Origin: Crenarchaeota archaeon 13_1_40CM_3_52_17
GTDB taxonomy: Archaea > Thermoproteota > Bathyarchaeia > 40CM-2-53-6
DNA: 64,000 nucleotides
Assembly: GCA_001918745.1 (NCBI GenBank)
Contig: MNGN01000053.1
Location: 2,435-66,434 of the forward strand
Reading direction: 5' to 3'
Within the stretch, counting starts at the first letter, position 1; each line of letters starts with the position of its first letter. Positions 29,611 to 36,801 of this stretch are shown one piece after another. A program made the position numbers and the translations under genes. The notes beneath the pieces are model-generated. The model was not told the DNA's origin, ran no database searches, and saw only the letters and a program-made list of their open reading frames with translations.

Positions 29611-29797
29611 TAGGTATCCAAACAGCGTAGAACCAGAGCAGAATAAGACTTTTGAAATGACTCTCCGAAACTAATTACGATCTAAATTAGATTCTCCGAA
29701 GCCGTGCAATCGAGAGCAAGATAAGGGGATCTAAACTTGATAATCGCAGAGTCGCGGACGCTATCTCTAGAATTGCTTGTGAGAAAGAGTGGAAGGT

Positions 29798-29814
29798 GTG
29801 GCCGTGATGGCCAC
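29798..29814 (-). terminator. Perfect hairpin GTGGCC-GTGAT-GGCCAC just after the DUF4331 stop
   Basis: 6 bp stem and 5 nt loop, 13 nt downstream of the stop at 29827-29829, followed on the minus strand by a pyrimidine/T-rich run (CTCTTTCTC). Confidence 0.4.
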
Positions 29815-29826
29815 TATTGGCCAAAA

Positions 29827-31254
29827 CTAGGGGTCGTGAGAGTGTTCGTAGCCGGCGACTGGATGTGGCAGATATGGAAACACGGACAGGAACGATGCGG
29901 TGTTGGGTGGCTGGATGGGATTCCCTGTGATGCCTTGGGTCACGAGGGTCACAGCACCGTCTGTTGTGAAGTTGTTGTCTACAAGTGGCAGAGTCGCTCC
30001 GGCTATCGCTTTGATCTCGATGTCGACGACGTCGTCTAGTACCCTTCGTCCGTTGGGGAATCCTGCTGGGTCCCCACCTACTAGTCCTAGCCGATTGGGG
30101 TTGGTGGTGTTCGGAGGGATAGCAAGGTTGAGGCGGAGATAGTCCGCTTGGAGGGGCCCTGTGAAGTTTTGGAACCCTGGAATTATGCCCGTGGGTATTC
30201 CTGTCAAGAGTATTGCGATGAGGTCTGCGCGAGATTCGGTTACCGCAGCTAAGTTGGGGAACACACCGGGGTAGAGCACTGGTAGTAGTTTCTGAAGTTC
30301 TGGTGTCTGGTAGTACTGAAGGAACTGGGAGTCGAACCTAGGAGGTGAAGTGTTCCAGAAGTCTTTCTTTCCTAACGGGATTATTACCTCGTTGATGAGG
30401 GGCATTCCTAAGCGGGAGACTTGAGTGAAAGGTCCGGTCACGACTGCGTCCGATTCGTTGTCGCCCGTTTGGTTGCCTTCCCTGTCGCTTGGAAGGATTG
30501 CGGCTCTTCGCCTACTTGCTGATGCCCATATTCCGATCGTTGAGTTCTTTCCTAACGGATCAGTGGGGTTAGATCCATCTGATGTCAGTTTGTTCTTGGC
30601 TACTTGTATCGCGATGGAATGAACACTGTATCCTTTTGTTGCATCGACGCCTGGAGCCGCAGGGGTGGGTATGAGGTGGAAATTCTGGACCGGTCTGAGA
30701 GCTCCCAGGTCGAATATCGATCCAAGATCGACGAAGAACGCTTCATCTCTCTGACCAGCGAACACGATCGAGCCATCGCTCAAGGTATTGATGGCCGCGT
30801 TTGCTAGGTCCGCATACTTCGGTGTTGAACGGGGTCCAACGTTGACGGGTGGCGTTGGGAGGTCGCGCCCTAGAATTGTGGATTTGCCAGTCCTGCGAGG
30901 CCCGACTACCTTTGTGACAGAGTACAACTGTTTTACATTCCACGAGGAATCGGTGAGGGAACCGATGGGACCAGTATTGTAAAGAAAGGTGTTGGGATTT
31001 CCTATCTTGGTCTTGAATCGGAACTGGTAGGTTATGTCCTCTATTCCGTCGCCGTTGTTGTCTATCACTATCTCATAGAGCACGTCGTCCCCAAAGGTGT
31101 TGAAATTGGGACCCCCGGCAGGTTCCTGCAATGGAATGTAGTTGGCCAGAATGGTTGCGGTGTCAGGCTTGTCGGGACTAACAAATGCGTACAGGTCGGT
31201 GTTGTCAGCTACCGGGTCCTTCGAGATCTTAGGTGCTTCTCTGTGGGATGTCAT
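29827..31254 (-). CDS. DUF4331-family protein
   Basis: 475 aa beginning MTSHREAPKISKDPVADNTDLYAFVSPD..., which I recognise from memory as the conserved N-terminal signature of DUF4331. No signal peptide in this ORF. Confidence 0.8.
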   Translation of the reverse strand: MTSHREAPKISKDPVADNTDLYAFVSPDKPDTATILANYIPLQEPAGGPNFNTFGDDVLYEIVIDNNGDGIEDITYQFRFKTKIGNPNTFLYNTGPIGSLTDSSWNVKQLYSVTKVVGPRRTGKSTILGRDLPTPPVNVGPRSTPKYADLANAAINTLSDGSIVFAGQRDEAFFVDLGSIFDLGALRPVQNFHLIPTPAAPGVDATKGYSVHSIAIQVAKNKLTSDGSNPTDPLGKNSTIGIWASASRRRAAILPSDREGNQTGDNESDAVVTGPFTQVSRLGMPLINEVIIPLGKKDFWNTSPPRFDSQFLQYYQTPELQKLLPVLYPGVFPNLAAVTESRADLIAILLTGIPTGIIPGFQNFTGPLQADYLRLNLAIPPNTTNPNRLGLVGGDPAGFPNGRRVLDDVVDIEIKAIAGATLPLVDNNFTTDGAVTLVTQGITGNPIQPPNTASFLSVFPYLPHPVAGYEHSHDP

Positions 31255-31257
31255 TGA

Positions 31258-31638
31258 CTATTTCCCTGCCCGTAGCTTATCGGCGATCTGAGCGGCCAAT
31301 CCCGCATCCTTCACTTTCACCGAAGCCTGCCCATTCATGACGGTTAGCTCGTCGCCACTTACAGAAGCGACAATTGGCTCTGAGCTGTCGTTCGCTGCAG
31401 GCGTTTTCGGTTGCTCCGAGGGGATGGGGATCTTCCCCATGAGAGCTGTTGCGCCTGCCGCGACGGCCGCGGCTCCAATGCCGTATTTCAAGAAGTTCCT
31501 TCGGGTTATCCCAGTGCTAGAGTGATGTTCTGACTGGTGTTTCTCGTCAGTATTCTTATTCTTCAAGAGGATTTCTCTTCGAAGTGCCTTAGATTGATTC
31601 TTAACGGTTTTTCCAAATCTCCCCGGAATCTGACCCAC
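31258..31638 (-). CDS. Small protein with a twin-arginine (Tat) signal peptide
   Basis: 126 aa with TRRNFLKYGIGAAAVAAGATAL (RR motif plus h-region). A later TTG at 31566 would give a more typical n-region. Ends in TAG, in frame with and 3 nt before the DUF4331 ATG. Confidence 0.6.
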   Translation of the reverse strand: MGQIPGRFGKTVKNQSKALRREILLKNKNTDEKHQSEHHSSTGITRRNFLKYGIGAAAVAAGATALMGKIPIPSEQPKTPAANDSSEPIVASVSGDELTVMNGQASVKVKDAGLAAQIADKLRAGK

Positions 31639-31705
31639 ATTCTACCCAGAGAAAGCTGCGGCGGGATACTCCAGAGGGAACTGCGAAGAAGGAGTCTCTC
31701 TCTTC

Positions 31706-32008
31706 CTACTTCCAGGTCACTCTAAGAAGATTTGCCAGAGCTAGAGCTTCCCCGACATTCACCAAGAGCATGTAGATTGAGGCCTGATCCACGAAGTTGG
31801 CGGCTGAACTTACATTCTCGAATAGAAAGAGCCAAAATACGAGAATTGCCAGGTTGAGTACGACGAAAAAACTCCCGAAAAGAACGAGGCCCATTGTGAA
31901 AGAAGACTTGACCTTCCGATACGTCGCGAGATAAATTGCCAACAAGGCAAGGGTCATGGCTATATTCGCAAACGCGACTATCGCGCTGGCCCACAGTGCA
32001 TAACCCAA
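31706..32008 (-). CDS. Small membrane protein (3 TM)
   Basis: 100 aa, three hydrophobic helices. Starts 3 nt after the upstream wHTH gene ends. Confidence 0.5.
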   Translation of the reverse strand: MGYALWASAIVAFANIAMTLALLAIYLATYRKVKSSFTMGLVLFGSFFVVLNLAILVFWLFLFENVSSAANFVDQASIYMLLVNVGEALALANLLRVTWK

Positions 32009-32010
32009 GC

Positions 32011-32460
32011 TCAGTCACTCTTCTCCGCATTTGTTTCGTTTATCTTTCTTCTTCCAATTCTACTCCAAATCTCTTCGAGGATTGGAAGTGCTTCTTCCAT
32101 TTTGGGAGTAAGAAATAGGACCGCGCCGTAAGTTCCCTTGTCCGATGGAACGATCAAGCCATTCTCCTCTAGAACTCTAACATGGTGCTGGATAGTTTTG
32201 TAATCCACGTGAAGAATTTGTGCAAGCTGATTGGCGTTACACGGACGACTCTGAAGGGCCTGAATGATCTCTGCCCTGCTGGGTCCTCCGCGCGTTCCAG
32301 CGAACAGATACCAGAGGAGTCGTTTGAGGTACTTCTCGCTATAGATCGATGCCCTGGGGTCCTCCCGTGCCGTCGTCCTTAGAAATGGAATTTTACGAAA
32401 GAGTTGACTTAGTTGAGGAATCAGGGGCGACTTTTGCGGTATCAAATGAATCGTCTCCAA
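32011..32460 (-). CDS. Winged-helix (ArsR-like) transcriptional regulator
   Basis: 149 aa with GPSRAEIIQALQSRPCNANQLAQILHVDYKTIQHHVRVLEENGLI, an HTH_5/ArsR-type wHTH. TTG start. Confidence 0.7.
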   Translation of the reverse strand: METIHLIPQKSPLIPQLSQLFRKIPFLRTTAREDPRASIYSEKYLKRLLWYLFAGTRGGPSRAEIIQALQSRPCNANQLAQILHVDYKTIQHHVRVLEENGLIVPSDKGTYGAVLFLTPKMEEALPILEEIWSRIGRRKINETNAEKSD

Positions 32461-32469
32461 GATTGTTAG

Positions 32470-32501
32470 GCGAGCCAGTTCAATTCTCTCCCTTGGCTCG
32501 C
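32470..32501. promoter_or_regulatory. 8 bp perfect inverted repeat (GCGAGCCA N16 TGGCTCGC) between a TATA-like AT block and the wHTH gene start
   Basis: Seen directly. It lies 10 nt upstream of the TTG start at 32460, with an AAATATTATAA element just upstream on the coding strand. Candidate autoregulatory operator. Confidence 0.35.
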
Positions 32502-32738
32502 GTTATAATATTTCTTCGAATCCTTTAACGACGATTCGCACTTATTGAGACAATCTCTCATTTAGGTCTCTCAAGACCACGTTGAAATTCCGAAAGATGG
32601 GATTCGGGCGGACAGCATCTCATTATCAGCCCGCCCGATGTCGTTCGTCATTGCGTTGGCTGAGAACGCTCAGTCCGCATATTTGTGCGGAAATTCATCA
32701 TCTTTCTTGCCAGTCGTTTCCGGCATTATTAACGCATA

Positions 32739-33629
32739 CTAGAGTCTCGACTTTCCGCATTCGGCGCAGAAGACCCCTGTGGGGTCAAAAGGCCCGCCAC
32801 AGTACTTGCACTCTGGGTCTTTCGGTTCCATTTTTTCCTCCATCGGGGGAAGATCTTTCTCATATCTTCGGGCAATGAATAGTGAACCTTCCAGGAGGAG
32901 TATTATTGGCACGAAGAGTGCCACGTCGGCTACTGGTCCTCCATCGGGGGTGATGACTGCGGTGAGAATGTACGTTCCTACCCAGAGATACAGTCTTCTC
33001 TTGGTGATGCTGGCTGTTCTAAGAATGCCGAATCTTACCAGAAGAACGATGAACACTGGCAGAGTGAAGGCAAAGCCCGTCGTCAGGATACTGAAGAAAA
33101 CTAGGGTGTAAAAGTCCTCGATATTTACGAACGGTGCGGCACCTGTGATGGGTAGGAAGATCAGAGTGCCTAGCACTATGAATGGGAGCAGAATTAGGAA
33201 AGCGAAGATAGCTCCGGCAATGAAGAGGAGAGTAAACGCGGATACGAATGGATAGACTGACCGTCTCTCACTCGGCTTGAGGGCGGGGTCGATGAACCTG
33301 TATACTTCGTAGGCCAGAACAGGAATGCTCACTATGAAACCGAAGACTACGGATGCGATTACGTAAAGTTCGATAGGGGCTGTAAAGCTGCCAGCGATAA
33401 GTTGTACGTTTGACGGGAGTAGCTGCGCCTTAATGTAAAGAATGATGACTGAAACTAGCGGTTTGTAGAAGGAGAACGGGTTCCTTAGGAAGGATGCATC
33501 GGCAGGGAGAACCATGAAAAGTATTGTGGCAATTATGAAGGTGTAGATCCAAGCGCGCAGCAGCTGTGCAAGCTCGTTTACATGTTCCCATATTGGGAGG
33601 AGCTTTTCCGCTCCGCCTTTCTGACCCAA
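32739..33629 (-). CDS. tatC: Sec-independent translocase TatC with a C-terminal zinc-ribbon extension
   Basis: 296 aa with a six-TM TatC core and an extra tail ending PECKYCGGPFDPTGVFCAECGKSRL (CxxC...CxxC). Confidence 0.88.
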   Translation of the reverse strand: MGQKGGAEKLLPIWEHVNELAQLLRAWIYTFIIATILFMVLPADASFLRNPFSFYKPLVSVIILYIKAQLLPSNVQLIAGSFTAPIELYVIASVVFGFIVSIPVLAYEVYRFIDPALKPSERRSVYPFVSAFTLLFIAGAIFAFLILLPFIVLGTLIFLPITGAAPFVNIEDFYTLVFFSILTTGFAFTLPVFIVLLVRFGILRTASITKRRLYLWVGTYILTAVITPDGGPVADVALFVPIILLLEGSLFIARRYEKDLPPMEEKMEPKDPECKYCGGPFDPTGVFCAECGKSRL

Positions 33630-33638
33630 GCGCTGGCG

Positions 33639-33902
33639 CTATCCTCGGCCAGCCTTCGCCAGAATTTCCTCTCTTATCTGATTGGGGGACTTTCCTTGGG
33701 TCCAGATCCCTAGCTTGCGGGCTGTTTCTGAAAGAAGTTCGTCGGCCTCGTCGACTGCTGTCTTGTCTTGCTTACCCTTCCTGAATTCGGCGACCACTTG
33801 TCCGAAAGACCGAGCAAGATCCGTGATTGCTCTTGGCCTGATAAGGAATACTAGCAGAATAATCGCGGCGACTACTATCCACTCGAAGCCGGCGATCGCC
33901 AT
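33639..33902 (-). CDS. tatA: TatA/E family translocase subunit
   Basis: 87 aa with an N-terminal TM helix plus amphipathic helix (GFEWIVVAAIILLVFLIRPRAITDLARSFGQVVAEFRKG). Confidence 0.8.
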   Translation of the reverse strand: MAIAGFEWIVVAAIILLVFLIRPRAITDLARSFGQVVAEFRKGKQDKTAVDEADELLSETARKLGIWTQGKSPNQIREEILAKAGRG

Positions 33903-33912
33903 CTAACGGCCC

Positions 33913-34203
33913 CTACTTGTTCTGGGCGACCTTCACTATTTCATCTGATATTTCTTGGCGCGTTTTTCCTTGTGTGTTAATGTTGAGTTTTTGGGCGGTT
34001 TCGATCAATGGGTCGGAAACGGCACTCTCGATCCGGGGGACTGAGCTTGGGGATGGGTTGGTAAGACCCTTGGAGGCCTCTTCGAATTCCTTTCTCGCTC
34101 GTCCTAGAGAACGGGCAAGTTCGGGAATCTTGCCGGGTCCCCAGACGAATATGGCGACAACGATTATTCCTATAACTACCCACTCGTATCCCACTATTGC
34201 CAT
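33913..34203 (-). CDS. tatA: TatA/E family translocase subunit (second copy)
   Basis: 96 aa with GYEWVVIGIIVVAIFVWGPGKIPELARSLGRARKEFEEA. Confidence 0.8.
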   Translation of the reverse strand: MAIVGYEWVVIGIIVVAIFVWGPGKIPELARSLGRARKEFEEASKGLTNPSPSSVPRIESAVSDPLIETAQKLNINTQGKTRQEISDEIVKVAQNK

Positions 34204-34331
34204 ACCGATTTCCTACCTACGAGCGTGGCTGTTCCAAGCTTTAACTTTTTACCATGATTCATACCAGAACCTCGCTCATGCCGGGAAACCTTATTCTTCG
34301 CTCGAAGCTACCCTTTTCAAGGTAACTCAAA

Positions 34332-35081
34332 CTGAAGATAGTCGTCTGCGTTCGCCGAGTCCCCGATACGGCGACGCGTATCAAGATTTCCCCCGATGGG
34401 AAGTCAGTAATAACAAGCGATACAGAGTTCGTAATCAACCCATACGAAGAATATGCTCTAGAGCAGGGCGTTCAGCTGAAAGAGAAGCATGGCGGAGAAG
34501 TCACCGTTCTTGCCCTCGGACCCGAGAAGTCAACTAGCGTAATCCTCAAGGCTCTAGCTCTTGGCGCGGACAAGGCTATTCATCTCAAGACCGAGCACTT
34601 CCCAGATGACCCTAGCGCGATAGCTAGGGCAATCGCGGCGGAATTGAAGACTGTCGAATTCGACGTTCTACTTTTTGGCAAGAAGGGCGTTGACGACGAC
34701 AATCAACAGGTCGGCCCGATGGTAGCTGAGCTTCTTGGGATTCCCTGTGTTACGCAAGTCGTCAAGCTCGACGTCTCCGGCGCCAAGGCGTTGGCTCATC
34801 GAGAGGTTGAGGGAGGGGCAATTGTTGCCGAAGCTACCCTTCCGTCGGCATTTACCGCCGAAAAAGATCTGACGATTCCTCGATATGCGTCCCTTCGAGA
34901 ATTAGTCGCGGCTAGGAAGAAACCTATTCTGGTGAAGGAGCCTCTACACTTTCCAGGCGTGCTAGAGATAGTTTCAGTCCAATATCCTCCACCTAGACTC
35001 CCGGGCAGAGTTCTGGGGAAGGGCGTTGAAGCTGTTCCAATATTGGTCAAAGTCCTACATGAAGAGGCCAAAGTGATCTAG
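34332..35081 (+). CDS. etfB: Electron transfer flavoprotein beta subunit (the tracked ORF 34644.. is truncated)
   Basis: Hand translation from 34326 gives LKLKIVVCVRRVPDTATRIKISPDGKSV...NPYEEYALEQGVQLKEKHGGEVTVLALGP..., the conserved EtfB N-terminus. The upstream stop is TAA at 34323-34325. There is no ATG/GTG/TTG until 34644; CTG (34332) or ATA (34338) occupies the expected start. Confidence 0.85.
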   Translation: MKIVVCVRRVPDTATRIKISPDGKSVITSDTEFVINPYEEYALEQGVQLKEKHGGEVTVLALGPEKSTSVILKALALGADKAIHLKTEHFPDDPSAIARAIAAELKTVEFDVLLFGKKGVDDDNQQVGPMVAELLGIPCVTQVVKLDVSGAKALAHREVEGGAIVAEATLPSAFTAEKDLTIPRYASLRELVAARKKPILVKEPLHFPGVLEIVSVQYPPPRLPGRVLGKGVEAVPILVKVLHEEAKVI

Positions 35082-35085
35082 CGAG

Positions 35086-36069
35086 ATGCATGGTCCGATA
35101 CTTGTTTTCGCGGAGTCGTCGGGCAGCGAATTCCGAAAATCAGCATTCGAGGCCGCAACAGAGGCCCGACGGCTCGCTGACCTCTTAAAAACCGAGGTTC
35201 ATGGCCTATCTATAGGTCAGGGAGTAAAGGATCAGGCAACTTCTCTCGGCAAGTTCGGCGTAGACAAAGTTTCGGTCGCCGACGACGAGTCGTTGAAGCT
35301 CTTTCATCCAGACCTCTATCGACAAATCGCTCTCGACCTGGCGAAGAAGATCAACCCCAGCGTCATTCTTCTCCCGGCTACTTCGACCGGCAAGGACCTA
35401 GCCCCGCGTCTTGCAATCCATCTCAACACGGTTGTTGCAACTGAATGTACCGAGCTAGAAATCAGAGATGATGAACTCATCGCGACTCGCCCGGCTTATG
35501 CCGGCAAGGTGTTGCTGAAAGTCAGAATGAGGGGGAATCCAAAGGTCGCAACTCTTCGTCCAAACGTCTTCACCGCTAAGGAGGTGACTCCTCCAATTAG
35601 CCCTCGGATCGAGTCTCTCTCGGTCGAGAAGCCGGCGACCCGGATGATCGTGAAAGAGTTCATCACCCACGGGGCAAAGAAACAAGACCTCACTGAAGCG
35701 GGAATCATCGTTTCCGGTGGAAGAGGAATGGGCGGGCCGGAGAACTACAAGATTCTGGAAGACCTCGCTAGTGTTATGGGCGGGGTGGTCGGAGCTTCGA
35801 GGGCCTCTGTCGATGCTGGTTGGAGACCGCACTCGGACCAGGTTGGACAGACGGGGAGAACCGTCTCCCCGACGCTCTACATCGCCTGCGGCATCTCTGG
35901 AGCCATTCAGCATAGAGTTGGCATGATAAACTCGAAGGTGATAGTCGCGATCAATAAGGATCCTGAGGCGCCAATTTTCGGGTTCGCGGACTATGGGATA
36001 GTGGGGGATGTTTTCGAGGTTGTGCCGGCTCTCACTCAGGAAATGAGAAAGTACTACGGCAAGAACTGA
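35086..36069 (+). CDS. etfA: Electron transfer flavoprotein alpha subunit
   Basis: 327 aa with a C-terminal FAD-binding region (GASRASVDAGW...QVGQTGRTVSPTLYIACGISGAIQH). Confidence 0.95.
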   Translation: MHGPILVFAESSGSEFRKSAFEAATEARRLADLLKTEVHGLSIGQGVKDQATSLGKFGVDKVSVADDESLKLFHPDLYRQIALDLAKKINPSVILLPATSTGKDLAPRLAIHLNTVVATECTELEIRDDELIATRPAYAGKVLLKVRMRGNPKVATLRPNVFTAKEVTPPISPRIESLSVEKPATRMIVKEFITHGAKKQDLTEAGIIVSGGRGMGGPENYKILEDLASVMGGVVGASRASVDAGWRPHSDQVGQTGRTVSPTLYIACGISGAIQHRVGMINSKVIVAINKDPEAPIFGFADYGIVGDVFEVVPALTQEMRKYYGKN

Positions 36070-36078
36070 CTTGGTCTG

Positions 36079-36447
36079 TTAAGGGTCGTCGAGCTTGGAC
36101 TTCAGGAATTTCGCCAGTTCCTGGCTAAGTGGGCTTCGAGAAACGTCGATTACGGGCATCTCAATATTTCCCGACTTTACGTTATGGACAAACTCAGCCA
36201 TCGGGGCATAGCTTATGGACGCTATGTAGAGTTCCCCGCGTGCATATTCCTCTGGCATATCGGAGGGTGGGATTGGCTGTGATACAAACACCATATTCTC
36301 TGCCCATGTCAGCAAGACGGGTTGTCCCATCTTCATGATGAACGACAATGCATTCACGAGTTGTTGTGGATTATCGTATTTGACGAGCTCTCGGACGACA
36401 ATCCGTTTCAGCGGCTCGTGAGCTATTTCGACCATTTGGCTGCTCAT
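36079..36447 (-). CDS. Hypothetical protein, co-oriented downstream of fixCX
   Basis: 122 aa, no motif recognised. Follows fixX on the same strand after a 55 nt gap. Confidence 0.45.
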   Translation of the reverse strand: MSSQMVEIAHEPLKRIVVRELVKYDNPQQLVNALSFIMKMGQPVLLTWAENMVFVSQPIPPSDMPEEYARGELYIASISYAPMAEFVHNVKSGNIEMPVIDVSRSPLSQELAKFLKSKLDDP

Positions 36448-36502
36448 CTCTGATCTCCAGACTGCGAAGGCGATAGGTTGTTGGTTAAGAGGGTTTCCAG
36501 GC

Positions 36503-36799
36503 TCAGCCTAGCTTGAAGCTTACTCCCTTTCCGCCGGACGGGTACTTCCAGCTTATGGCTTTGGCTCCAATCTTGTGACATACTATAAGGCAAGCGCCAG
36601 TTTCCATGCAGCCCTCCGTGTTGTAGTTCAGTTGGTCTTGCCAAGTGTACACTTGAGCTGGACAGATGTAGAGGCACGGCTTCTTTTCGCACTGCTGGCA
36701 TAGCTTCGTGTCAACCACAATGAATGGTTCCGGGTCTTTGTTGAAGCTTACCAGGGCTAGGCGTTTGTCTAGAGTCATTTCCTCTTGGTTCTCAGACAT
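36503..36799 (-). CDS. fixX: Ferredoxin-like protein FixX
   Basis: 98 aa with Cys pattern CQQCEKKPCLYICP...C...GACLIVC, typical of FixX. Starts 3 nt after fixC ends. Confidence 0.85.
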   Translation of the reverse strand: MSENQEEMTLDKRLALVSFNKDPEPFIVVDTKLCQQCEKKPCLYICPAQVYTWQDQLNYNTEGCMETGACLIVCHKIGAKAISWKYPSGGKGVSFKLG

Positions 36800-36801
36800 G
36801 T

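Noticed and set aside
4468-31260. Genome-wide TAG reassignment (for example pyrrolysine) as the explanation for the in-frame TAGs between gatD/gatE and between the Tat ORF and DUF4331
   Set aside because: TAG terminates many well-defined genes here (glmS, cofC, etfB, tal, pyrG, nucS, trpA and others). Reading through the TAG at the end of the TnpB N-terminal frame gives nonsense. Same-frame neighbours after TAG occur at about the chance rate (roughly 4-5 of 8 checked, against one third expected).
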